64,000 nucleotides of DNA, from NCBI RefSeq assembly GCF_044704955.1, contig NC_091982.1, forward strand, positions 164,114,001-164,178,000, read 5' to 3'. Source of the DNA: Pristiophorus japonicus. Taxonomy: Eukaryota. A program made the translations under genes and the position numbers. This document shows, in pieces, positions 24,528 to 36,900 of the stretch (positions within the stretch are counted from its first letter, which is position 1; every line of letters starts with the position of its first letter). The notes below the pieces were generated by a model. That model did not search any database. It saw only the letters and a list, made by a program, of their open reading frames with translations, and was not told the DNA's origin.

Positions 24528-25948
24528 GTAGGTTTTTTTAAATCTGTTTATAAGTAGGAATGATCATGGTCATACATTTACCAGCAGTTTAATTCAGTAA
24601 TTGGATAGAGTCAATCCGTATTTGCATCAAGAATTTATTTGATATTAGGTTCAGTGCATTTCTGAACATTGCGAGATTAAACGAAAGTTGTCATAAAATC
24701 TGGATAAGCTTGTTTTCTTTCCCATGTTGCATTCTATTAAAAATTTGCTCCTGACTCTGAAAACCTTGCAATAATATTAACTTATAGCGTGAATATGTTG
24801 ATTATCTGTGTGTGTGTTTCAGTTATACTGGGTACTGAGTAATGAATCCAAACCATCAACATTTTTATCAGATTAGAAAATGACTGCTTGAGTTTCTGAA
24901 TATATTTTGTTTGTATTTTCCAAGAGGAAAACCTATGACCAAAAGGATGCTTTTCAATTTGATTTTCAAACCCTCTGTTATATGTAATAGTCATGCAGGC
25001 TTACCTGATATTCATTTCATGAGGTAGTTTATGAGGCCCAGATGGTGGTACTTAATACTAAGATCTGGTCATGAATTAGTCTGAACGTCATAAATTATGG
25101 AGTGTGCCATGAAAATCTGGGATGGGGGGGGCTCTGGTGTGCAGTGTTTCACCAATACTCTCCTCACGGGCATACTGTAATCAACCTGTGCGTTTCAAGT
25201 GACGCACCATCCCCTCCTCCACCATGGAATGTATTAGCCCCTCACAATTCTTGATGAACATCTTGACTGGCAATTCGTTAAGCCCAGCCAACTGCAGAGA
25301 TCGAACTTGAATGATGGGCAACCTTAAGGGCCTCCAACCCATTGGTTAAAAAGCAAGCAGCGCATCACTTACACTCCTCAGTAACCCTGGATTGTATTTG
25401 TGTTTACCTGAACTGCGACTGGTACTACATCTTGATTCACTGAGCCAGTTCCAGCGAGCCAACACTTGCGGAATCCAATGTTGGATTCTGCATCACAACA
25501 AAAAGACAAGCCCTAGCTGCTTTCACCACACTGTCTGCAAAGCGGGAGGAAGAAAAAGAATCAATTTTTATTAACTCATAACAGCGCTGTTAGAAAAGCA
25601 ATTTCACGCATGAGGTAGAGGGCCTGTAATGCTTTTGGATGTCAGAAACCGCCTCCGATTAATTGAGGTATAGCAGGGCAACAGAGGAACAGCTGCAGAC
25701 ATTAATAAATCAACAATGCAAAAATAAAGAGCAGGGACGACAACATCCACCACAATCTGAGTAACTGCTTCGTAGACATAATGTGACATTTGGGCTTGGA
25801 TCGAGAGAAAAAGGGCTGCAGAAGAGGATCATTGATATTTTGTTTTTGCACTAACAGCTGCTTGTGATTTGTATGGCTTCATCTGTTTGCCACTTGAGCA
25901 GCATATGTAAAAATGATTTGGTTCATTTCAGTTCTTTCATCTGACCAG

Positions 25949-25991
25949 TTTGGGCGATGAAGCAGACGACCCCTCGCAGTTTGCAGTCAGG
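25949..25991 (+). CDS. Candidate host-gene exon B (43 nt, phase 2 to 0)
   Basis: Acceptor TTCTTTCATCTGACCAG, strong donor AGG|GTGAGT; encodes (F)LGDEADDPSQFAVR in phase with exons A and C. Confidence 0.6.
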
Positions 25992-26357
25992 GTGAGTGCT
26001 TGGCCTAAAGGAGTGGGTGTGATCCCAAGCCTAGAAGTTGAAACCAACTGAAGTTAGCAAGTTCCAAAAGATTTGGGCACAATGAGGCTTAGTTGAGGCT
26101 GTGCTCCAATTTTCCGCCAAAAAATGATGATTTTTGTTGTGTAAAAAAATTATCGGAAACATTAGGAACAGGAGCCGGACATTCAGTCCCTTGGCTGATC
26201 TGCACCTCAAATCTATTTTCCTACCTTTGCTCCATATTCCTTGATACCCTTACCTAAAAAAAAATCAGTCTTGAAAGCTCTTAACTGTGCAGCTGAACTA
26301 GGTTTTCACTTGCACTGTTGGCTTTTATAACACCCAATTCATACTGTTTATGGGTAT

Positions 26358-29300
26358 TATTGTACTTATAATAAATGGTCAGACCGAGTGCTGTGTGTAA
26401 TGAGCAAGTGTGACCTTGGTTTCTTTATTGTAGTTCCAGAGTGCAGGTACCTCGTGGGTGGCCTGCTTATATACTGTACTCCCAAGGGATGCTGGGATCC
26501 CTTGGGATTCCAACGGGTAGGCCCTCTGGTGGACTGGTGTGATGCAGGTTACAAGGTTACAAGGGGTTAAATACATAACATCACTCCCCTGTGAAATCAA
26601 CAATACACTTATTTACAAGGTGAGACGATCTGGGGCTTTGCGCTCACTTGTCGATCGTCTCGGTACAAATGTTGGTGTGGGTGGGTTGGTCAGTTCTTCA
26701 TTGGGCTGTTGGGCAGCTGGCCTTGCTGGGCTGCTGGGGATGATGAGCTGTTTCGTGGTCAACTGTGATGTCAGTTGCCACTTGTGTGTGTGTTGGAAGG
26801 TCAAAGTTGACGGTGTCCTCTTCCGGTTGTACATAGCTGTTGGTGAACCGCAGTTTAATTTGGTCCAAGTGTTTTCTGTGGGTTTGTTTATTGGTCAGTT
26901 TGACCTGAAATATCCTACTCTCCTCTTTGGCTGTGACTGTACCAGCATACCATTTGGGACCATGTCCATAATTGAGCACAAATATAGGATCATTGATCTC
27001 AATATCGCGTGACAAGTTTGCGCGGTCATGGTACACACTCTGTTGATGCCGCTTGTCCTCCACGTGATCATGTAGATCAGGGTGGACCAGAGAGAGCCTT
27101 GTTTTAAGTGCCCTTTTCATGAGCAGTTCGGCTGGGGGAATCCCTGTGAGTGAGTGGGGTCTAGTGCGGTAGCTGAGCAGTACTCGGGACAACCGGGTCT
27201 GCAGGGAGCCTTCCGACACATGTTTCAAGCTTTGCTTGATGGTCTGAACTGCCTGTTCTGCCTGGCTGTTGGATGCGAGCTTGAACGGGGCAGATGTGAC
27301 ATGTTTGATCCCGTTGCAAGTCATGAACTCCTTGTTAAGATTTGTAAACAATTTTTTTCATTTCTGCACACTGTGCAAGACTTTCCTCATACTTCTGTAT
27401 CCATTCCAAAGTTATGGTTTTCTCATGAGCAACCTCTTGTTTTACAACTAGAATTGCAGCATCCATGTCTTTCTGGCTATATTTTAGCACCTCAACAATA
27501 GCATCCTCAGCAGGAACTGTAGCTGATGTGAAATCAGCTACTGGATCAATTAGATTTGATTGCCCATCAGGGATCAAGGTAGCGATATTAGCCTTGTGAA
27601 GCACGGACCATTGTCGTTGACTAGGACATCGGGCAGGCCATGCATGGCAAAAATAGCTCTTAGACTTTCAACGGTGGCCATGGACGTACTTCCAGACATT
27701 ATTGCACATTCAATCCACTTTGAGTAAGCATGTACGATAACCAAAACATTTTGCCTAGGAATGGGCCTGCATAGCCTACATGGATCCTCGACCAAAGTTT
27801 GGATGGCCAGGACCATAAACTTAGCGGTGCCTCTCTGGGTGCATTGCTCAACTGAGAGCAAGCGTTGCACTGGCGTACACATGACTCTAAATCTGAGTCA
27901 ATGCCTGGCCACCACACGTGGGATCTGGCTATGGCTTTCATCATCACGATGCCTGAGTGGGTGCTGTACAGTTCCCCAATAAATGTGTCTCTGCCTTTCT
28001 TGGGCAAGACCACATGATTGCCCCACAAGAGACAATCCGCCTGCAGGGACAGCTCAGCTTTGCGTCTGTGGAATGGCTTAATCACTTCCTGCATCTCCAC
28101 TGGGACACTGGACCAGCTCCCATGGAGGACAGTTTTTTTATCAGGGACAGTAAAGGATCCTGGCTGGTCCAGGTCCTGATCTGGCGGGCCGTAATGGGGG
28201 ATTTCTCATTCTCAAATGCCTCCATGACCATAAGCAAGTCCACTGGCTGTACCATTTCCACCCCGGTGGTGGGCAATGGTAGCCGACTGAGAGCATCTGC
28301 GGAGTTCTCTGTGCTCGGTCTGTGGTGAATTACATAGTTGTATGCCGACAGCGTGAGCGCCCATCTTTGGATGCGGGTAGAGGCATTGGTATTGATCCCT
28401 TTGCCCTCCGAGAATAGCGATATGAGCGGTTTGTGGTCAGTTTGAAGCTCAAACTTGAGGCCAAACAAGTACTGGTGCAAGTTTTTTACCCCGTAAACGC
28501 ACGCCAAAGCCTCTTTTTCAACCATGCTGTAGGCCCTTTCGGCCTTGGACAAGCTCCTGGATGCATACACAACTGGTTGCAAAATTCCCGATTCATTAGC
28601 CTATTGTAACACACAACCGACCCCGTATGACAACGCATCGCAAGCTAACACTAGTCATTTACATGGTTTATACAGAACAAGCAGTTTGTTGGAACACAGT
28701 AAATTTCTGGTTTTCTTAAAGGCAGCCTCTTGTGAATTCACCAATACCCAGCCACCTCCCTTGCGCAGTAGCGCTTTCAGGGGTTCTAACAGGGTGCTTA
28801 ACCCAAGTAGGAAATTACCGAAGTAGTTAAGGAGTCCCAGGAACAACCACAGCTCCGTCATGTTCCATGGTCGTGGTGCGTTCTTGATGGCCTCCGTTTT
28901 GGCGTTGGTGGGTCTGACGCTGTCTGCTGCAATTCTCCTTCCTAAGAATTCGACGTCCTGTGCCAGGAAAACACACTTCGAGCGTTTCAACCTGAGCTCC
29001 ATGCGACTGACTAAGAACCTCCTCCAGATTCTTCAAGTGTTCCATGGTGTCCCGACCTGTAACCAATATGTCGTCGTAGAAGACCACTGTACAAGGAACC
29101 GACTTTAGCAGGCTTTCCATGTTCTGCTGGAAGATCGCTACAGCTGACTAAATCCCGAACGGGCATCGGTTGTAAATAAACAGACCTTTGTGCATGATGA
29201 TGCAGGTGAGGCCTTTCGAAGACTCCTCCAGTTCCTGCATCATGTAGGCCGAGGTCAGGTCCAGCTTGATGAATGTCTTCCCTCCAGCCAGGGTCGCAAA

Positions 29301-31135
29301 TAGGTCGTCTGCCTTGAGTAGCAGGTACTGGTCCTGCAGCGAAAAATGGTTAATTGTTACTTTATAGTCACCACAAATTCTAACTGTACCATCCTCGAGT
29401 ACCGGAACAATCGGACTGGCCCAGTCATTGAACTCCACCGGTGCGATGATGCCTTCACGTTGCAGCCTATCCAGCTCAATTTCCACTTTTTCACGCATCA
29501 TGTACGCTACCGCCTGAGCTTTGTGGTGGATGGGTCGCTTACCGAGAACCAAATGGATCTACACTTTCACCCCCGAGAAACTTCCAATATCTGGCTCAAA
29601 TAATGAAGGGAATTTGCTGAGAACCTGGGTGAATGCGGTGTCGTCAACTGACGAGAGCACTCGGATGTCGTCCCAGTTCCAGCAGATTTTCCCCAGCCAG
29701 CTTCTGCCAAATAACATGGGGCCATCCTCTGGCACAATCCACAGCGGGAGTTCATGTACTGTTCCATCACAGGAGACTTTGACTTCAGCATTGCCAATTA
29801 CAGGGATTAGTTCCTTTGTATAAGTCCTTAGTTTGGTGTGAATGAGCCTGAGCTTGGGCCTGTGTGCCTTCTTCCCCCACAGCCTGTCGAAGGCCGTTTT
29901 ACTCATTCTGGACTGACTTGCCCACGTGTCCAGCTCCATAGACATTGGAATATCGTTCAGTTCAACTTTCAACATTATTGGTGGGCATTTTGTTGTGAAC
30001 GTGTGTATCCTGCACACCTCTGCCTCCTCCATTCGAGTTTCCAATTCCGTCTGATCCACTGTGGACCAATCTTCCTCTGCAACGTGGTGGTTTGCAGGGT
30101 TTGCAGGGTTTGCAGCTCACCTGCACATTTGTTGGAGGTGTCCCATTGTTCTGCAACCATTGCACGCATAGTGCTTAAAGTGGCATTGATGGGGCCGATG
30201 ATCTCCTCCACAATGCCAACAAGGTGTTAACTGCCTCGCATTAACAGATGATGGCAGACTCTGGGTCAATTGAGGTCAGGCCACAGCAACCGGTGTGTAC
30301 ATTCTGCCCTGTACATTTCTGCTCAAAACCGACGTTACTTTATGCACAGTACTGGCCGAAACATCTTTGTTCTGCGAAATCTGCTTAATGTTGTTGCTGG
30401 TGGACGTAAATGGCTTTAATCAGATTCGGAGTTTCTACAGTCAACAGTTTGCGAAGGATTGTCTCAAGTCCGATGCCCAGAACAAAAAAGTCTCTTAGCA
30501 TTTGTTCTAGGAATCCCTCAAACTCACATTGTCCTGCAAGGTGCCTTAGTTCGGTGACATAGCTCGCCACTTCCTGGCCCTCCGATCGTTGACATGTGTA
30601 GAACTGATATCTCGCCATCAAAACACATTCCTTAGGATTTAGGTGCTCCCAGACCAGCGTGCACAGTTCTTCGTAGGATTTCTCTGTTGGTTTAGCCGGG
30701 GCCAGGAGATTCTTCATGAGGCCATAGGTTGTGGCTCCACAGACAGGAGGATTGCCCTTCGTTTGGTCGCGTCCTCGTCCCCTTCCAGCTTGTTGCTACG
30801 AAGTATTGGTCGAGTCTCTCCACGAAGACCTCCCAATCGCCCCTCTCCGAGAACTTCTCCAGTATGCCGATTGTTCTTTGCATTTTCGTGTGGTTCGTTA
30901 CCTCGTCGCCAATTGTTGTACTTATAATAAATGGTCAGACCGAGTACTATGTGTAATGAGCAAGTGTGACCTTAGCTCTTTTATTGTAGTTCCAGAGTGC
31001 AGGTACCTCGTGGGTGGCCTGCTTATATACTGTATTCCCAAGGGATGCTGGGATCCCTTGGGACTCCAACAAGTAGGCCCTCTGTGGACCGGTGTGATGC
31101 AGGTTACAAGGTTATAAGGGGTTAAATACATAACA
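26358..31135 (-). mobile_element. Full-length decayed Mag-type Gypsy element
   Basis: LTRs 30914-31135 and 26358-26580; 5-bp TSD GGTAT; PBS TGGCGACGAGG; PPT GGGGAGTGA; gag-PR-RT-RH-IN with many frameshifts. Confidence 0.95.
27335..27594 (-). pseudogene. TACC3: TACC3-like fragment (start of TACC coiled-coil domain) inserted in Gypsy integrase
   Basis: EDAIVEVLKYSQKDMDAAILVVKQEVAHEKTITLEWIQKYEESLAQCAEMKKIV matches the remembered TACC3/maskin signature VLKYSQKDMDAA; absent at the homologous site of the 38897-43635 element. Confidence 0.8.
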
Positions 31136-31609
31136 GGTATGATCCCAATAACTTAAATCTGCTGAATCTGCAAATTCCAGTTGATCCAGATGTTAAGAGC
31201 TCTCAATGCAGAATTTTCTGCCTAGAACTAATTGGTTTCAATTCAGTGCGCACATACAGTTACACAGAAAGGAAATACAAATGTCTTGATATATTACTCA
31301 TTAATGCGACAGATGTGTGTCTCCATTCAAATTCACTCATTACCGAGTAACCAACCCCACTTGTGTTGGCGCTGAGTTTATATCATAAAACCTCAAAACT
31401 GTTGCCAGCAAGAATCACTGCCCCTGATAGGGATGGGATTCGAGTGGAGAATTCAGCAAGGTTTACTCTGGGTGATCATAAATACCAGATTTATTCCAAC
31501 ACAAACTTTGGCAATGTAATCGGTTCATGTGGAGCAGGGACCTGTTGAGCTGAATGCTTTGTTTGTTTCTGTGCTGTAAATTCTGTGGAATTCTATGTAA
31601 ACAGAGTTT

Positions 31610-31970
31610 TAGACCAATGTCTCGATTTAAAAATTCTTATCCTCATGTTCAAATTCCTCCATGACCCAGACCCTCCTTACTTCTGTAACTTACATGAGCC
31701 CTACAACACCCTGAGAACTCTGCACTCCTTCAACTCTGGTCTCTTAGCCATCCCCCATTTCCTTCACCCCACTATTGGAGGCCGTGACTTCAACCCTCTA
31801 GATCCTAAGCTCTGGAATTCCCTCCCTAAACCTCTCCAACTCTCTTTCTTCCGTTAAGAAGCTGCTTAAAACCTATCTCTTTCTGTCCTAATGTCTCCTT
31901 CTTTGGCGTCAATTTTTGTCTTGGGTTGTTTTGCTATGTTAAAGGCATTATATCAATGCAAATTGCTGTT
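31610..31970 (+). mobile_element. L2 LINE 3' end
   Basis: LKILILMFKFLH...PTIGGRDF...PKLWNSLP; L2-type tail. Confidence 0.8.
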
Positions 31971-33304
31971 AGATGTATCACTGGAAGCTGGCTTTGAATT
32001 CAACTGGATTGAACTGAAGTGAATGGGTAAGAAAGAAAAAATGTACAAGAGGTTGAGAAAGAATATGTGAACAAGAGAGAATGTGTGTATGTGTACAACT
32101 ATAACTTTGAAAAATGACAGACCTGTGTGCTTGACAGAGGTACATTGGCTCACACTTTGCACAGTAGGAATATTATAACAGTGAAAGGTTCTGCAGTAAC
32201 ATAGAACTGGTTCCAATTAGAATCAAAGCAATGTCTGTTGTACAGTAGACACGTAACTATCTGAGAGTTACTGATGTATTAACTTGCTTTGACAAAATCA
32301 GGAAACAAAATCAGAAAGCTTTCGTCAATTGTTATAAAAAATATGTCACATTTCTCCCCCTAAAAGAGAAAGAACTGCCATGTCAAGTTCCTCTTGCCTG
32401 CAGCTGGTTGCATGGGATCGGTAGGGATAAAAGACGTGCTCATCTTGGCACTTGTGCCCAGTGGCCCAATGCAAAATGAGATGCCCTCCCTCTGACCCCA
32501 CACACTCTGGCAGGTCAGTGCTGGAAGATACAACTTCCAGGATTACATACTGTGGATTTATTGTGGCCAGTTAGTTTTATCATCATGTGTGGAGGACTTA
32601 ATAGTGTCAAAGGAACTGTACCAATCTCAGTAGGGGGCAGTTATCTTATGATTCAGAAGTTTCTCAAGTGCATGGAATGGAATGCAAGAGGTAAATGAGC
32701 AGCATCCAGGCCCTCAGCCAAGGCATTCCAACAGATTCCTCTCTGGGACACTCCAGTGGTTTAGAAATTTCTTCAGCAATCAATAAAAATAGGTGTCGTC
32801 TTTGGGTCAATACTTGGTACATAATAGTGGAGGAACACCAGGAATAGCCAGCTGTCTGTCAGGTAAGTGACAAGTGAAAAAGGAAGCCCGCAAAGGATAT
32901 AGACAGCTGGAATAGGATAGGCAATTCCCGGAACACAGGGACATCTAGGTCTGCACTACAGAGAGACAAGCAGCTAACAGAATCACAAACAAGTGCTCAA
33001 GAGACCTCTTGGGAATCCTCCACATCTAACCCTTGCAATAGGGCATCATTTACACCCATATGCCAATTTGGATACAGGGTGATGTGATGCTGGATTTCAT
33101 ATTGCCCCTCATCCTCTTCCTGGGCCCTAAGTTGTGGCAGCAGGTATGTGTATGCCTTTTATTGTGGAGTCTTGGGATTGTGTAAAAGTGTCATCAGTTA
33201 TATTTGGGGTGTCTCCATTTTTCCCAGAAACCAACCCAGTATTCCTTCTTTTTCCTCATACAGGTTTGGAGCCTTTAATTTCCTTAACATGTGCATATCG
33301 TGGG

Positions 33305-33688
33305 CTAGCCCCGACCTGTGTGAGAACACCACCGCAGGTCGGGGTTATAAATAGAGCTGGAGCGCTGGGCCTTGAAACATCGTGGGTGAAGGTGCGGTGA
33401 ATAAGGGTACAGGACCCAGAAGAGCTGAGGGTCCCAGGGGCAGCACGAGCTTGCCCACACTACGATATGTGCGCGCACTATGTTCAGCAGAGCAGGTCTC
33501 CAGTCGTCCTGGTTCAACCCTTGACACTGGATAAAGGCCTAGCTCTGTCGAGCCCGTGCAGTGGCTGATGTGCATCTTCCATCCCCTCAATTGGAGTTCA
33601 GGACTGGAATATCGGGTCCTTCATTGAAACATCTGTGAACTCATGTGGAAGCAAGTCATCCTCGTTCGATGGACCGCCTATGAGGATG
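33305..33688 (+). mobile_element. RTE-tailed retroposon, internally deleted copy
   Basis: Collinear with 6200-6790; ends GGAAGCAAGTCATCCTCGTTCGATGGACCGCCTATGA. Confidence 0.8.
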
Positions 33689-35037
33689 AGACGAGAATGG
33701 TACAGCACAGAAGGAAGCCATTTGACCCACCGTGTCCATAATATGCTGTGAATTATTTGGACTTTGGTGTGGACTTAAAGGATCTTGCAGTTTTTTTAAG
33801 AAGTTAACATGAAATAAGTTGCACAAAGGTAAAGTAATCTTTTTAGTTTCGGGGGGAGGAGATTCGCCAGCAATATTTTTGAACTTTGTGGTGGAGAAAT
33901 TCAACATTGTTTCGCCTGCTTATTGTGCGCAAAATGAAGGATGAGGAATGCATTTCTGGTCGTGATCTCCCACACCCGATCTCCCCAGACGTGTGCCAGC
34001 TGCCAAATTGGATTGTCCTGTTCCTCCTCTCTCAACAAATATACTGCGGGCCACTGGCACCTGAGCTCGCCTCCTCCGCTTCGCCTACAACTCTTTCCCC
34101 AGGATCCCGTGGGCCTGTCTGACAGCAGAGCCAGCTAGAAACCTGCAGGCCTCGACTGGCAAGCTGGCAAACTGGCATCCGCAGCTCACTGTTCAATTCA
34201 AATGAGGCACGTTGCCAAATTCCAGTCAAGCCTCAGGCTGACAGGGACCGGCACACGAACCAATTGCTTCGCCGACATTGCCTGATTTGGGCAATTTGCT
34301 GGTCTGTGTGTCGACATTTATATTTAAAATCTAATCTAAATGTTAAATGCTTGTTCCCATTGCGTCGTATGTAGTGCAGGCCGATGGTGATAGCTTTACT
34401 GTATCTGCTGAGCTAACAGAACAGAATAGTAGAATGCTTTGCACAAAGTAAACTTCAATGTAAATAAACTATTATGTTATGTATAATAAGTAATTCGTCA
34501 GGACATCACAATTTCTCCAACAAAATAATATTAAAAACAACAGCTAGCAGAATCGCATGTGTGATATCAAACCAGTGATGGTGAAATTCCAATGTTTTTC
34601 CTGAGTGATAGACCCATCAATTCCCAGTGGCGGTGAGTAAATTAAGATGGTGTGGAAGTGACCCTGGAGCTTGTTTTATGGTGTTTAAGCTGATTGTGGT
34701 GTTCTGTGTTATCAGATGATAACTCCTACATATGTACTACTACTTTTACAATGCAATGGTGTATGGCTGTTCAAATGAAGGCCAGTTCTGATGTGATCTT
34801 GGTATATACACTGAGATCATATAAAAGATTACCAAACCACTGATATCAGCAAGTGTGTGTTTTTCTTAACTCAGATTTAGTCTACACCTCTGTTTATTTC
34901 TCAATACGTGATGTATTCATATTTTTATGCTTACGGCTGCAAATTCTGAGCACTGCAGCCCTGTGCCCCAATGGATCACATTTTTAAAATACCCGTACAT
35001 GACTGTCAAGATGTGTTGATTAATTGCTCACGTAAAG

Positions 35038-35178
35038 AGACCTGCGCAAATGTCTGAGCACTTTGACCCCGAATTTGAAGGTGTCCGCCCAGTGGGAACG
35101 GGACGGTGTCACCCTGGAAATCACAGCACAGTTCTTACCATTCCGTTCCCACTCCCAATTCAAGGAATCATGGATGAA
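35038..35178 (+). CDS. Candidate host-gene exon C (141 nt, phase 0 to 0)
   Basis: Weak AAG acceptor, donor GTGTGT; encodes RPAQMSEHFDPEFEGVRPVGTGRCHPGNHSTVLTIPFPLPIQGIMDE; CpG-retaining coding-like block in AT-rich unique DNA. Confidence 0.55.
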
Positions 35179-36221
35179 GTGTGTGTTAGAGCCAATGTGT
35201 TCCTGTCCCCCTCCCCACGGCTCCCCCACTCCCCACCAGCCCCCCACCTCCCCACTGCCCCCCCATCTCCCCACCGCTCCCCCTAGCCACCTCCCCACCG
35301 CCCCCAGACCGTTGAGCTGCCTGTCTGCCCTGATTCAACACTCGTAGCTCTCCTGACTTAAGCAAATGACATCCAGGCTTCACAATGGCTCGAACCTCTT
35401 GTCAAGGACTTTGGTCAGGCTGCGCGATTGTTCTGTCCACCACCCTCCCAAAGTCTGCCTGAACTCAACATTCCCCTCTTTGAATCTTAATGACTGATAT
35501 GTTTGGTTAATGACGTCCCATAAAGTGATCTCGCCAAGAGAGGAGATAGGCTTCATCTCGGTTGCATGAAATTCAACCTTCTCAGTGGAAGATGTTACAC
35601 ATAATGGACAACATGGACATTTTATGCCTTAAGTAGATGATACCTTTGAGCAAGGTTGAATAGGGCAGTCAGTAGTCAATTTGATTCCTTAGGCCTTTAT
35701 GCGGTAGGTTGCTCCCGCTTTAAGATATAAATTCAAGTGTTTACTAAACAATAAAACGAAGAGAACTCCACAGGTGTATAGATTTTCTAACTTCTCTGAT
35801 AGCCAACCAGAGAGTATTGGTAAGCTCTCTTCTTGTTACACACCATTTTGGAAATGTTAAGGATCTTATTCTCAATCATCTTTTTCTGAGCGGTGTTCAG
35901 GTGCCAAGATGTATTGACTTCACTCATGTAGCCATGCTTAAATATTATGAAGCAAGCCAAGTGAGGTGGCTCTGATCAAAATTACTTTTACAAACCAAGT
36001 TCCAAGTGCTGTGTGTGCACGACAATGCATGGTGATGTCGTTGTGCATAAGCTGAGGGCATAATTGCAGGCTGTAGACATTAAGCCCCTTGACCAATGCG
36101 TAGCAATGTTACTATGTACATTCATGCATGTACACCACTTCTTTCAGACCATGAAGAAAACCTGCCCAGCCAGAGAACACCAACTGAATAGTACCATTTT
36201 CTTAGAACGGCCCGAGACAGT

Positions 36222-36515
36222 AGGGTATGGTCGCCTGGTGGTTATGGTACTGGACTGCCAACCTAGAGATCATGAGTTCATAATCCCACTGTTGCAAATT
36301 GGGAAATTATGGACTAGCTACCAGATTGTTGTAAAAATCCAACTGGCTCACTTACATCCTTCAGGGAAATGTACCTGCTGCCCCCACCGCCGCCCCACTC
36401 CCCCACTTGGACTGGTCTACATGTGACTCCAGTTCCACACTGTGTGGTTGACTTTTAGGCCAACTAGGAATGAGCAATAAATACTCACACATCCCAATAA
36501 CAAATTGAAAAAAAG
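36222..36515 (+). mobile_element. tRNA-derived SINE with a tail related to the CR1/L2-group LINE
   Basis: A-box and B-box-like TCGCCTGGTGG...GAGTTCATAATCCC; 3' CAACTAGGAATGAGCAATAAAT...CACATCCC resembles the LINE end at 17412-17470. Confidence 0.6.
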
Positions 36516-36900
36516 TTAAGAATTTGGAAGTAGCAAAGTTAAAAAATAAACAAAATGCCAAATGCACTTCATAAGTTGACCTTTCCAAGGACTAACAGAA
36601 TTTGAGAATATCTTTGAAAAATAAAGAATTCTTTTAAAACGGATTTGTGGAAATGTCATATCCGTCATATCCTCATATGCGATTCACCCTAACCCAAGAG
36701 TTGTGGCTCTGCGTGATGTGACATTATAGATCAGAAGTGCTGTAACTGTAACAGTGTTGAATAGTTTGAGTTATACTTATTTTATTATCTGGTCTTGCTG
36801 GGCCCCAGTGAATCATTCCTGTCATTCCAACCTATAAAATGGACTGAACTTTTCGAGCAGCGATAACCAAGATGCAGCTAGCTCCCATGTGGTGTTAGTC

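Noticed and set aside
27335-27604. A genuine TACC3 exon at its native locus
   Set aside because: It lies inside a TSD-bounded retroelement, lacks splice signals, and no other TACC sequence is seen in the window.
30088-30118. (GGTTTGCAG)3 repeat in gag as a special signal
   Set aside because: Short local slippage in a decayed element.
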